From contig NC_087436.1 of NCBI RefSeq assembly GCF_036321535.1, positions 102,054,001-102,118,000 of the forward strand: a stretch of DNA of 64,000 bases, read 5' to 3'. The notes under the pieces are model-generated. The model saw only the letters and a program-made list of their open reading frames with translations. It ran no database searches and was not told the origin of the DNA. Both the position numbers and the translations under genes were made by a program. Below, one piece after another: positions 24,857 to 38,539 of this stretch (its first letter is position 1; each line of letters starts with the position of its first letter). The stretch is from Camelus dromedarius (taxonomy: Eukaryota).

Positions 24857-25001
24857 CTTGAGATTATATCAACAAAACTCCACTGTATTTGTCCCATACT
24901 CACATAACTACATTGTATTCCCAAACAAAACATTCAGGCAAGATATTCTTAAAATATTCATTGTCCACTTCATTGAGAATCTGAAATGTCTCACTTGCAT
25001 G
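24857..25001 (-). pseudogene. Probable first coding exon remnant
   Basis: Donor AAG|gtaagg at 24857 (alternative gtgagt donor at 24904). With frameshifts it reads FQILNEVDNEYFx-EYLA-x-VLFGNTM, resembling the recalled N-terminal DYFNEFLSLP (RGS22) / DFFNTFLSLPVFG (RGSL1) motif. Confidence 0.6.
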
Positions 25002-26059
25002 CTATTATATGTTTATTTTACAATTCATATGGAAATGCTGGACCATTCCAAGACATTTTTTAAAAAACTTTAATAAAAAAATTATAATAATTTTATTTGT
25101 TTGATGCCTTGAATATATCTTTAAAAAAAGTTCTGTCTCTCCTTAATTTTGTCCCCTGTCTTTTTTAAATTACTATAATTTTTAATTAAGAAAAAATCCT
25201 TTACACAAATCTTTCCCTGAAATATAATATATTTAATTTGTTAATAGTCAGATTTTTAAAAAACTTCCTAAGCATTAGTTGGATGCCAAATGAGAATATT
25301 TGTATATTTGCTTTCCTCAAATATACAAGTCTGTAAAAGTAGCTAAAAGTCTCCTGTATGTAAGTGTGCATATATTCATGTATTCATGTAGGTAAATGAT
25401 AACAAGCTATTTTATTCATTCCATGAAGTGTTAATATTTGACAATGCTTGCCTCCTCCCTTTGTATTTAAACCTTATTAAATATATTGAATTATTTAAGT
25501 TCCTCTAAGACATTCTCTGACCCGCAATGGATATGGCTTTTACATGATAACAAGCAGTACCAATATTAAGCATTATATCTAGTATCTGTTTTTTCCTCTT
25601 TTGATCTGATCAGTCTTTGCTGGGGTTAAGTTAGTTTGGTTATGTGACATAATTGTTTTATATAAGAAATATGCTAGGGGTTTCTGGGGAAATTTATTTA
25701 TTTATTTATTTTTTACTTATTTTTAAGAAATAGAAAACCAGAAAGATGTAATGTCTTTATTCCTAGAGTTGGAATATACTGTTAGTCTGTGTCTTGCTAG
25801 GTGCTGTTTAAACTCTCTTGTGACCATGAAGGTCTGTACTCATAATAATATCAGGGTAGAAGTCTCTCTCTCTGTTCGGCCTTATCTACCTTACTAATTT
25901 TTTTTTTTATCTGACATTTAAAAATACGTAACCTATTTATGTATCTTGCATGGTTTCTGCCTCCCCAATGAGACTATAAGCTAGACAAGTATAGGGATTT
26001 ATATCTGTATTGTTCATTGCATGTATATGGTTATGGTAGCATGACACACCCCCAAGACT

Positions 26060-26505
26060 TAGTAAGTAAAATGATATTTTATTGTTTTCTCTCATAGTTT
26101 TTTGGGATGTCTGGGCTTAAATGATTGGTTTTTACTAGACATCTCTTATATGGTACAGTCAAAAACCAGTTGGAATTGGAGTCAACTACAAACTCATGTT
26201 GCTGAAAGTCCGCTGCAGGCTCAGCGTGGAATATTAATGGGAATGCCTCCTTGTTGCTTCTCCACATGGTCTGGACATCTCACAGTACGGAAACTGCATT
26301 CCAAAAGAAACTATGCTGAGAATAAACATTCTAAGAATCCTAGGTGGATGCTTCAAGGATTCTTACACCATTTTCCTGGAAGTTCCAAACCATCACTTGT
26401 GCAAAAGTCTTGTAACAGACCAGCTAAGATTCAAGTTTATGGAAATTAGGCATTATCTCACATTGTGGGGGGGCAGGATATGAAATATTTGCAGCTATTT
26501 TAGCA
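26060..26505 (-). mobile_element. Old MLT1 LTR, flanked by L2 and MLT1 scraps (about 25640-26730)
   Basis: ttctccacatggtctggacatctcacag...ggaagttccaaaccatcactt...ccagctaagattcaag...atttgcagctattttag. Confidence 0.6.
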
Positions 26506-28744
26506 TAGTATACTGAAAGTATCAGTGCCCGGAACAGGGCCTGAGATCTATTAGGACATCAAGAAATATCTGTTGAATGAATGAATGGCTTAACTCAGGT
26601 CTAGAATTGAGTAAATCTGGACCTACCTTTCCTCCTGTTTTCCTGCTATGAACTGTAATAAATTCCTTTTTTTTTTGTAAGTTGTTTTAGTCTGATTGTC
26701 TCATAGTCAAAAACAACATAGCTTATAAATGAATTATCAAGACTTTATGAATGTCAGAGAAACATAATATGTGTTGAATCTGCTGTGTATACTCACTGAA
26801 ATTGCCTAAACCCCTCTCAGTTTTCCCCTTTCAGGTAAGACTTGTTCTTATCTAAATATGACTTGTTTTCCAAAATTTTATTATAAAATATCCTTTTTTA
26901 TCTAAATCATAAACCCCCCAAATGATGATCTGGAGGATAATTTTATAGTCCCCTACTTACTTTGCTTGTAGTAACAGTTGAAAAGTATGGGAAAGAAACA
27001 CACAGGTGGCAGAGGTTATCTGTTACAGGGTAAATTTACACCCAAGGTTATAATTAGTATTCATATAGAATCTGTTTGAACTAATAATATCTTGTTCTGA
27101 ACAGTTTTGTTTCATTCACTGATTCTTTATTGCCCTGTTCTACCCTATACATCACACGTATCACCATTCGTTGAACTCATCACTTTCATAAATCAGAGCT
27201 TTTTTATACCATCTGCTCTCTACTCTGTGTATACTGGTTTCATCAACCATTTCTAGGCTGTAAATAATCTCACCCTAACATGTTACTTCACAGAAATGTG
27301 TAATGCTGTAAATAAGAACAATTTTCTTCCAATATCTGCCATGCAAAATACCTTCTACAGGTACCTAATACTTGTGACAGACTCCTTGATGCTGTGCAGA
27401 GATTGATGAAACAGGACTTCCATAACAAATGGTCAGAGGGAAGTTTCCAGAATAAATGGAATCAGAAGAAATAGACTACAGCCCCGAACTTGAAGTTTCC
27501 CAATGAAATATCTGCTAAGCTAAAATCCTTTGAGATCTTGTAGCTTTAATTTCAATGTCCATATTAAGGCATTCCTCATAATTATTTGAAAAAAAGGATT
27601 TATAAGTCCATTTAAAAAATTGTTTTCAGATCTGTCAGTGTATTCTCTGGAATATGCTAAAGCATGATATTTTGTGCCTTTAATCTGAAGAAGTGACCAA
27701 AAGTTAACTTAATAGAAGTGTATTGGACATTTTATATGATTTAATTAAAAATAGACAAGGAAAGTGTATAAAAACATGTTATCACCATTTTCAAATAATA
27801 CCATAGTACCATTTCAACTGAGTACTTTCACTGTGACTGAATAAATCAATTAATAAAATCCACTTGACTGGAAAATATTGCTGGTCTGCACTGTTTTTGC
27901 CCATGACCAAATGGAAAAACATAGAGGAAAAAATAAAAATTATGTTCTTTGGATAACTTAAATGTAGAGAATGAGAACAAAGAAAGGAGATGAATAAAAA
28001 AAAAAACTCTGATTGATCTTGTCACTGTTTTCAGTGAACTTGAGGCTAGACTGACAGAGAAACATATCTTTAGACAACAGAAAGGAAGTAGATATAAGTA
28101 TGATCCACAAAGAAGTCATGGTAACAAATCTCAGCACTTTGGTTAGTAAGAAATGTGACCATGGTGGAAATAAGAAAAGAAATTATACTAAATGTAGGAT
28201 AGATACAAGCAAATTATGCTGCAGTTAATGATGTGCCATAAGTGAGATGAAGGAGAGAGATTATTTTCAAGGGTTTAAAAGAGTACTTTCAACTACTAAC
28301 CAAACATTTGAAGGTGGAAGTTTTCATCAGTGCACCTTGGAAAGAAGAGTTTATAATATCTACCATACAATCACTGAAATCAAATAATTTTATCAGTTTG
28401 CTTCATCTATTTTTAATTCAATGCTTAATTTTTTCAAAATCTCTAGAGTTGCTATTTTTCATAAAAAATCTTTAATTTCTCTAGGGTTTGCAAATCACTT
28501 ATCATGAACTGCATGTTTCACTGAAAGGTAATTTTAAATGGACCAAGAATATTAAAGAGATGCTTTTAAGATTAAAATGGACTAAGATCAATCTAAGGAG
28601 CAAAGGCTAGACGTGACAATGTGCATAAGTGATGCAATTTAAAGGTTGCAAAGATGGTCAAGGGTCAGATTTCCAATACAACTGCTGTTTTAGAGCAGGG
28701 ATCCTCGGGGGCCAAGGGCATTTTTAAAACATTATGTTAACTAT

Positions 28745-28880
28745 CCTCCAGTACAATATGAGGGAGGCTGAACCTATTATATCCAATTTGTAGGTAATAA
28801 AAATAAGTCAATGAGAGGTTAAGTAGCTTGTTCAAGGTCACCAAGCAAGTTCTAGTGGAGCTAAAAATGAAAGTCACATC
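28745..28880 (-). mobile_element. MIR
   Basis: gagaggttaagtagcttgttcaaggtcaccaagcaagt MIR core. Confidence 0.8.
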
Positions 28881-31074
28881 TCATCCACTTGCAGTGATGT
28901 CATCTGACCAGAGGGCCTATTCAGAGCTCATTATACTAAACAAGACCTGATTACAAGTATTGACTTCACTGAAATAGAATAAAAAATGGTAAAAACACAA
29001 ATATATTTCTCATGCAGAAAACTTTAATTTGCCACATCCCTGCTTAAAATTCCTAATTCCAAAGCACTTCAATTTCAAGAAAGAACAAAATCGAGGTAAA
29101 CTCAAATGACAAAGGAGTTAATATCACCACACAGCAGTACAGGTTTGCAGACATCTGGAAGATTTGGGGCTATGATTGCTTGATCTATAAATGTACTGCT
29201 AAGGCACCAGTGGCTGTCTAATCTACATAGTCAAATTATTAGTCTTTGTGAAATTAAAGCATGGTGATTTGAATCAGGCCCAGAAAATAGGGTTGTATTG
29301 CTATGCTATCATCGGAAAAAGAGAATCACTAAAAGACACTCCAGCTGTTCAAGCAGCAACTAGACAAACAAATGAAAGCGCCTTGTGGTTTCTCATGCCA
29401 ATGTCTAAAATGGTCACTTATTGACAGTTTCCAAAGCACAAAGGCCATTGCAAAACAGCTAATCAATTTCGTGTGCCTCCTTTATACAGCCAAATAAATG
29501 ATGTCCCACTGAAGTTGTATTGACCGTGTAGGAAAAAACAAAAGAATATCACAACATCTCGTTCAGTAATTGGTTCCTTTTTAGTAGGTAAAGGATTTAT
29601 TTTCTTATTTTTCTTCTGCAAAAATTCAAATGTCCTTCCCAACAACTGAGCTGCATATTGTGGATGATTTTAAAGATGTAAAATGTGTTAAATGTCATAA
29701 GAGATGCCAAGTGGGACATTTTAACACTTAAACAACAACAAATGAGAGATTTAATAAGAAAAATTAAAATTGGTATAACCTGTACACTTTGGATGCCTTC
29801 ACAGGCTAAGTTATTTATTCCTCAAAAGTATGATAGTAAAACTGTGCATACACTTTAGAGCAAAAAAATCCATAAGTGTTTTTGTCACTTCTCAGCCATC
29901 ATCATAGCTATTACGAAATCTTTTTGGAATACAAACACCTCCAGAGAGCTAATAAATTTCTATCTTTTATGCTTATCTGAATTGGTAATGAAACACTCAT
30001 TTCACGTTAAACACCTTAGGGGTTTAGCAGAGCTGAGATTTTTACCCAGTATTCTGGACAACATTCAGTTTCAAAATAAAATGGCTCTTTTGTGGCTGCT
30101 GTGCTCAGTTGGCTTCTACATTTGCCATATGACTGAAAGCAATATATTTGTGTCCCTAGACAAGCTAAGACATCATGAAGACATTTAGTTTCTCCTTATC
30201 CTTTGATAATGAAAATACCTAGAGTTTTTTCTATATAATAATATGTAGAATCAATTTATGATAATGCAAAACAGAGACTTTATCCAGTCTGATTATATAT
30301 TTTCTAATGATTTGAACCACAGTTAGCATATTCTGAAGTATTACCTGCTTGCAATATTGCCAATTTTTCTCTGATAATAAAAAGCAGTACAAGAGGACAT
30401 ATACTCTAGAGAGATAAAACTTCTAATTTGTAACAGCCTGCGTTTTTCTCGAACTATTATTGCCAGAATTCTTGGTGAATCAGCCAGTAAATAACATATC
30501 CCAGCAATGATGAAAGCTGGCAGTGGGCATGTATATTTTCCTTCCCCAGAGCTGAAATGAATATACGAAATCTACTTCCAATTTAAGTGAGTAAACAAAT
30601 TATACAGAGGAGTATCAGAAAGATCCCTTAATGGTTTTTTTTGTATTGTTTATACGATAAAATATATACTCCTTAAGCTGGTATTCTAGGCTTTCCATAG
30701 ACTAAGTAGCATATACCTCTCCCTTATGTAAGTCCTATTTTTGAATCCTCTGCTTGAGAAAACAAGGTTAATCTTCAGAACTCCATGAAATCATGTTCTT
30801 ATGCAGCTTTGTTTATGCTCTTCTTTTCCTTTCCCTTCCACTGATCTAGTTCTGAATAAAGCTTTTCTGGAATTATCTACCATCTAGGTATCATTAAACC
30901 TGTCTTACTTTTTGCTCCTTTATTTGAAAAATGAGAATGATAAAATCTCCTGGGGTGTTTTCCAGGATAAAATGAAACAATATTTTAGATAACTTAGCAT
31001 AACTCCTACATAATATTATTTAAGATTTTCTTCATGTTTTAAGTTATGTGTTCAGGAGTTTAGTCATGATGAAG

Positions 31075-34000
31075 TAACTGAAAACAGTTTTCCATTAAAA
31101 AAAGACTAGAAATTAGGCAAAATACATAGAACTCTTTCAGAAGTTAAAAAAGCAGCAAAGCAGAATTACGACACTGAGAGGAGAAAAATAAGCAAGGTGA
31201 ACCCTACAATCAACCTGGCCCTCTGTCTGAAAGAACGTTCAAAAACATAGTACAGGCAAAAACGAACTAAGCAAATCTTGAAAACCTTTTTAGGCAAGAA
31301 GAGGAGATTGTATTTCAGGGAGGGGAGGATGAGCTGGCTGAAATTTGCAGGGCATTGTAGTGGAAACTGATTTGTATAAAATTTCAGATAAAGCGCTCCA
31401 GAAACATGTATGTGTCCCCTTGGATCTGGCTGAATATGAAGTTGTGCACGCGTAGGGAGAATATCCAATAAGATGATAAAAGAACAACTGGGAAATCAGT
31501 AACTACCAAGGAGCTGTAAGCTGAAGATCTATCAGGGTTCATACATAAACAAGAAATGTTCAGACTCTGACTACCTAGGGTAGGTAGACGTAACTGAACA
31601 GTTAACACATTCATCAGGAACACCAGAAAGGCCATTTCTTCACAGTAGAGCCCCAGGGTAAACTCCCTACTCTGATTTTAAGTTAAGAATGTTTAAAAAC
31701 AATTCTCAAAATGATGAAGCTGACCCATGACTAAATTAATTATCTGTGTAAACAAAACTCAACAATTTGAAAAAAAGAAAACCTATGTGCTTAATTAACA
31801 CTGTAGTGGTCATACTATCCATTCCATTTAAAAATTATTATATTTTTAGGCAGGAAAAATAGATCTAAAATGAGAAGAAAATGAGTTAATAGAAATAGAT
31901 TTAAAAGTAGCAAATATGATCAAATTAACATGAAAGAACTTTAAAATAATTGCTGTGAATACATTCAAGAATTATAATGACATGAATATAATGCAGAGAG
32001 AAATATAAAGTAATTTTTTTTCAATTTTTGTAACTGAAAAATAAAATACCTGAAAAGAAAAATTCACAATTTGCATTTAACAGAAAATTAGACACTATAA
32101 ACTATAGATAAGTAAATTTGAAAAGAATGTAAAAGAAGACATATAAAGTGGAGCACAGAAAAAAATATATATATTGAATAAAAGTTGGCAGAACTTGAGT
32201 GACCTATGAGAAAATAAGAAACAGTAAACTATGAATACAATTTTACCTACTGAAAAAAGAGGAGCAGGAAAATATTTAAATAAATAATTGCTAAAATTCA
32301 CTAAAAATATAAACTAGAAGATTCAAGAAACTCAAAAATGCATACATAGTAAATGTAAAGATAACATCATTTAAGATAACAACAGTTAAACATCAAGACT
32401 GATCATAATCAAGTTATTTTAAACTAGTGGTAATAAGAAGAAATTTAAAAGTCGACAGAAATAAACAAACAAAATGTTGTATTACATTTGAGTGAAGAAA
32501 TAATACCACAAGAAGACAATGGAATAAAATTTTCAAAATGTTGAGTGAAAGAAATGTGACTGTGACATTCTATATTCTATAAAAATATCCTTAAAAAATA
32601 AAGGCAAACAAACATCAAATAATCTGTGGCCAGTGGACTACAACTTAACAAAAAACTAAATGTAATAAAAAAAGGAAAAAATAAAACTAAAAGTTATTTT
32701 TTAAAAAACTTAAATTTATATCTATATTTATAAAATATAAATTAAAATAGAGATTAGTAGTATCTGAAATAAGTAAGAGACATTACTACAGATCTTCTAT
32801 ATATTAAAAATAATAATTAGGAAAAGTTATTTCCAAATTATGCCAATAAGTTTAAATCAAAGTGAAATGTACTAATTCCTTGAAAGATAAAAATTACCAA
32901 AATTAACATAAGAAATAAAAATTTGCAACAACACTACATCTATTAAATAAATTATATTTGTAATAAAAAGGCTCCTACAAAGAAAATCCCTAACATAGAT
33001 TTTGTCACCAGTATATTCTATTACAAACTAAAGAGGACTATAGTTTCAACCTTACATAATCTTTCAGAAAACAGAAGTAGAGCAACACTGTCCAACTGAT
33101 AAATGTGTTCAACCAGTACTTGATGAAAAATGTTAAATACTTTTATATGGAACAACTTGAAATCCATATTAATAAAAATAATGATTTTGACTACTATCTC
33201 AAATCATATACAGAAGTTAAGTCCAAATTGGTCATAGACCTAAAGCTAAAATTGAAATGATAAAGCATCTAGAAGGGAACATAGAACATCTTGATGATCT
33301 CTGGGTTGGCAAAAATTTCTTAGGACATCCAAAACACTAAATAAAAAGAAAAAAAAAGAAATAATGTGGATGCCATTAATATTAAAATCTTCTGTTCTGA
33401 AAGAGAAAAAAAAGACATCATTAAGGAAAAGACAAGACAAGATACAGACTGGAAAGATATGTTTTCCTTATTTATACCTGAAAAGGAACTTGTATTAAAG
33501 CCATAAAAAATGCACTAAGTGTTCAATAAGACCCATACAAAATTAAAAATGGACTAAAAGTTTAACAAGTCTTTTATAGAGGAAGAGATGAATGCCTAGT
33601 AGGCATTTGAAAATACTCAAATAATAATTAGAGAAAAGTGAATTAAAATCACAATGCAATATCACTATACACCCATTAGTATGACTAAAATTGAAGCTGG
33701 GAAGGGTATAAAGCAATCAGAACTCTCATATATTGCTAGTGGAATGCAAATACTACAGCCACTTTGGGAAGTGATTTCACAGTTTCTTATCAAGTTACAC
33801 ACACACACTTACTATAGACCTAGCAATTCCATTCTTAGGTACTTCCTGAAGAGAAATGAAAATATGTGTCTATGTGTGTGTATATATGTAATAAATATAC
33901 ATATTTATTATAACAGCTTTATTCTTTAGTCAAAAATCAGAAACAATCTAAATTTTCTTCAACAGGAAAATTGGTAGAAAAATTTTGGTATACTCATACA

Positions 34001-34130
34001 ATGAACTAATATTTACAATAAAATGGAAGGTACTACTGGTTCCCACAAAAACGTGAATTCAGCTCAGTAGCATCCTGAATAAACAAAGCCAACAAGAAAG
34101 ATCATGTATTGCATGATTTCATTAAATGAA
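31075..34130 (+). mobile_element. Old, internally deleted L1 (5' region, ORF1 remnant, ORF2 remnants, 3' end)
   Basis: agattcaagaaactcaaaa; gacattactacagatcttc; caatgcaatatcactatacacccattagtatgactaaaat; gacctagcaattccattcttaggt. Confidence 0.8.
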
Positions 34131-34454
34131 ATGGCTCTGTACACTACTCTTCCAAGTCACTTAACTAAATTACCATTTTTCTTACATATAAAAATGTTTG
34201 GAGTTAGATTCTAACAAGGACTTAAAAACCATGCACATTAAAATGGTGATTAAGTTTCTTATAACTATAAATGTTGTTATTTACATAAACATATACATAT
34301 ATTTGGTAGAAAATGAGGTATAGTGTAATAAGCTCTTACACTGTTGAAAAAATAGAAATCAGCAGAATGAAGTAACTATCTTCTCATTTGTGGACTAAAA
34401 TGAGTTATTCCTGGGACAATTATTTACCTATTCATCAATATTACTAAGTAAAAC

Positions 34455-34670
34455 ACTTCGGGTATGGTGTCTTATCCTTGGAGCTATTGGCGCTGATAAT
34501 TCTTTGTTGTAGGGTACTGTTCCATAGACTGCAGAATACTTGGCTGTATCCCTGACCCCTACCCACTGGATTCCAGTAGCCACCCACCCTGTTATGATAA
34601 ACAAAAATTTCTTCAGACATTGCTAAATGTCCTCTGAGGAGCATAATTTTCCCAGATTGAGAATCAGTGA
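34455..34670. mobile_element. MER20 (hAT-Charlie) DNA transposon
   Basis: gataattctttgttgtagggtactgtt...cctacccactggattccagtagc...tcagacattgctaaatgtcctctg...ttgagaatcagtg. Confidence 0.85.
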
Positions 34671-36215
34671 TTTAAAGGGCTTCACATGGTGACTGGGCAG
34701 AACTAAGAAAATGTACCTGTACATGAACAAGGGGAAAATTCCTCAATTTTTTATAGCCAAGACCACTCTTAGTTTAATTCAAGGAAGGCTTTGTATATTT
34801 CTAGATCCACTTCAATTCTTACAAGCCAAATTTAATAATTATGCAATGCTTCCATCTGTATTTCATATTGTTCAAAATTTGTCTAAGTGCTTAAATCCTG
34901 GTATTGATTTGTGAGGCCATTTTATTTCTCACAAAATTGTGCTTTTCCATTTCAGCTGCTCATGAATTTCTCTCTGACTTTGTTCTTCCTGGAAAACATT
35001 AGTAACTGATATTTCTTTTCTCAAGGTATTCAGAATCAATCATCTTTGTTTATAAATTTCAGCAAGTGAATTGCAATAATGCTTCCTGGACTGTTTACGG
35101 AAATAAATACCATGTGTTTTATGAACAGAGGCTACATTTTAAGTGCCAAATGAGTATATTACAAAATTTTTTGCAACATTAAAATATTTTCTGTAGGTAA
35201 ATTTATATGGACTAAGTAAAACAAGTTGGTCATTTAATCACATTTATTTTAATCACATTACCAAAACTTTAGGTTAAAAAGTAAATTAACACCACGTTGT
35301 TAACACTTTATAACAATAATACCCAAAGAGAATTAAAATTTAAATTATACAATCCAAAAGGGAGAAGTTTTCACAATAATTACCATCACACTTTATAACA
35401 GAACTCCTCAACTGGAGGAAACAGGCATGTGAAAATCATGTGGAGTTCTATTTCTAATTATATGGCTCTTCTATACCACATGTTTGAGAAAACTACTTTA
35501 TGGGAAGAAAATAGTATTTTTAATATTAAATGTTTATTTTACATTATTTAAAATTGTTTTGTTTAATAAACTATTAAATTATTTTGTTATAGCAACTAAT
35601 TTCTGTGTTGGTACCTACAAATAATTTTTTTGAGTCTAGTATTTTTCAAAATCTTGAAACTTGAGAACTATCATTTAAAAACTTTTATTGAAAATATACA
35701 CTATTTATCTTTGAAGTCACCTCATTTTAAGCAACCAATGGAAAAGAAGAACTTTGGGAAGGGGAGGAATTTCTTTGCAGTCAGTTTTTCTGAGATGTAT
35801 CTATCCCTTACATTGACGAATAATGACCCTTAAAAGTATTTGAAGATTTTAAAAATGTAAGAATCTTAATAGAGGAAATGAAAGCTAAGGTGTTATAAAC
35901 TGCTGTCGGGATCACCTTTCTGGATATTGTTCTTGGCAAGCTTCTATAGTCATTATTTCTTTTGAAAGTGCTAAAAAAATTGAATTAGAATAATAGTCCC
36001 TAATTAGACTATAAAATGATGAGTGTAAGCAGAATAAAACTCTTGCGTATCATAGCTTCAGCTATCCCAAATAATTGTACTGGATAAATTCTACCACATA
36101 TCATTATGTTTCTATAGCAATTTCTGTAATGTATCAAGGCAAAAAATTAGCCATAAGGTAGTGGCTAATTTTTTGCCTTGATACATTACACAAATTACTA
36201 TAGAAACATAATGAT

Positions 36216-36660
36216 ATGTGGTGGGAATGCAGTTGGGTGCAGCCACTGTGGAAAACAGTATGGAGATTCCTCAAAAGACTAGGAATAGACTTACCATATG
36301 ACCCAGGAATCCCGCTCCTGGGCATATATCCAGAAGGAACCCTACTTCAGGATGACACCTGCACCCCAATGTTCCTAGCAGCACTATTTACAATAGCCAA
36401 GACATGGAAACAGCCTAAATGTCCATCAATAGATGACTGGATAAAGAAGAGGTGGTATATTTATACAATGGAATACTACTCAGCCATAAAAACCAACAAC
36501 ATAACACCATTTGCAGCAACATGGATGCTCCTGGAGAATGTCATTCTAAGCAAAGTAAGCCAGAAAGAGAAAGAAAAATACCATACAAGATTGCTCATAT
36601 GTGGAATCTAAAAAAAAAAAAAGCACAAAGCATAAATACAAAACAGAAATAGACTCATAG
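36216..36660 (+). mobile_element. Young L1 fragment (ORF2 C-terminus and start of 3' UTR), no terminal poly-A
   Basis: Open 131-aa ORF2 C-terminus [19 protein letters not shown]...EKEKYH. Confidence 0.95.
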
Positions 36661-37914
36661 CAACATTCTTTATATACTTAAACTTCTTCAAAGTACTCAA
36701 CTTTTCTTGCTCAGAAACTTGTCTCTCTCCTGAGGATACGATTTTCCCTAAGTTTCTCTCAAATGGTAACTATTTTTTTTCTGTCATATCATTTGAGCCA
36801 GCAGGTATGCAAGTGACTTTCTCACTCTTCATAGATGCCTACAGACCGTTCCTCCATTTTTCTCTCTTCATTTTTCACCTAGAATCTTAGTGAATCAGAT
36901 TCAGCATCCCTTATTACGTTAGCAAAAGTCCTAAATTTTTTTCTAGGTGATTTTGTATTGTTACTTCATCTTACCATTCATATCCTTTCCTTTGATATCG
37001 TCTTAACTTCAGTCAAGGTGAACTATTTATATGCCCATTTGCAACCTCCAAATCCTTTCTGGTATTCTTTTTTTACAAAAAAAAAAAAAAAAGCTGTCAT
37101 TTCAATCATTCATTCAGTATATCTTTATCCACCTGCCCTCATGGAGATGGAGTCTCAAATTATAGCATGGTAAATTCTCACTAGATCAGGGTGGTGGTGC
37201 CTAGGAATGGGGGTGTACAATGAAAGGAAAAGTTTTCTAGATGTTTCACCAGAGTCGGGAAATTGGTTTAAGTGTTCTCCTGGTGAAAACAGTAGATACT
37301 TGTTCTAGGCAAGATCGGTCTACGAGCAAAGCAGAGAATATTGCAGCTTCAGGAAACATTGCAAATAAAGATCAGAATGATTCAAAAAGATTAAATTGAG
37401 AAAAGAATGTGAAGATGTATTTAGAGAAATTGGACAAAATTAACTAACTAGCAGCTTTCCACAACATGCTAATGTTTAGTTTTTTTTATCATTAAACATG
37501 CTGAGCCACTTAAGTATTTGATTCAGGATGATTTGAATCTTAGCAACTTTAATAGCAGTATGTAAAATGAACAGAGTAAGGCTAGTAAGATACAAAATGA
37601 ATCAAAAGAGGTATTTATCCAGCTGAGAAAGAATAGGGTCATAAAATTTATGAACTGGAGAGGAGAAATCATATATGAAACATGCAAAATATGTAAATCA
37701 GTCTTGGTATGCGATGACTGATAGTGGGGGTCATGGATCATGAAGGAAAGGATAATTTGGGAAGTCTGTGAGGTACCATTCACTATGATGACAAAGAAGG
37801 AGAAACTGTTTTGATTAGAGTGTTGATACTATTGAGTGGGAGTGAATGGGAAAAGGGAAAGGGAAGGCAGCCAAAGCAGAGTATTCTTTGATGAAGCATG
37901 ACTTTGAAAAAGAA

Positions 37915-38010
37915 TCAATAACACACATTTAGCAAATAATTTTCCAGTGCCAGTTACTGTTCTAGGATCTGAGCATATAGTGGCAAACAAACGAGCCAAG
38001 GAGATCTTGG
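37915..38010 (-). mobile_element. L2 3' end (degenerate L2 may extend through about 37200-38500)
   Basis: aatcaataacacacatttagcaaataatt...gtgccagttactgttctaggatctgagcatatagtggcaaacaa. Confidence 0.6.
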
Positions 38011-38539
38011 GTAACAGCTGGGAAGGCATGCTTGTTTCAGGATGTGGATTTTTTTTTTCCTTTCAAATTAGACAAAAACAACATGTTAAGCTTCAGAGAG
38101 AGAGAGAGAAGGAGGGAGAAGCTAAAAATGCAGGAGAACTGGGAGATAATAAAGGACTTGGGCTGTTTTCTTGGAGGTCTTACGTGGGGGGAATCAAAAA
38201 CACAGCTGGATGCATTGTCTTTGAAATCGATCAAGGATTTATTTATATGGTTGTACCATACTGAATTCCTTGTATGTATCTGGATAAGTTTCCCATGTGG
38301 CTTATCCTTAATGGCCTCATTTTTAAAATTCTCATTGAAATACAAGTCAAGTTCTGACAGAGGTAAGGGGTGACTTTTGGAAGAATTGAAATGACTCTAA
38401 ACTGCAATGTCGCTTTTTATCACACGAGATGAACCAGATGGGTGGTTAGGTACAACTGAGTTTGGGTGCTGGGCAGGAAGTTATAGATATGACTCATAAT
38501 GAGGAAAAGGCATGATTAATTGGGAGTTGAAGAAGTAGG

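Larger units (their letters stand above)
1200..25001 (-). pseudogene. Decayed multi-exon (non-processed) gene, RGS22/RGSL1-like multi-RGS-domain protein; 3' end may be lost or lie outside the window
   Basis: About 30 minus-strand segments bounded by (Y)nAG and GT or GC/AT-mutated donors, with matching intron phases across many consecutive junctions. The translations are protein-like and contain RGS-type motifs (KAEDFYNIFI, LARKIHLDQFI, A*KMYQFFI, SLEQAQEKI, IFQAACFLLLKLL) plus frequent TGA/TAA/TAG stops and frameshifts. Pseudogene status is better supported than the family call. Confidence 0.8.

Noticed and set aside
26102..26449. 115-aa plus-strand ORF
   Set aside because: Lies within a degenerate MLT1 LTR; no coding features.
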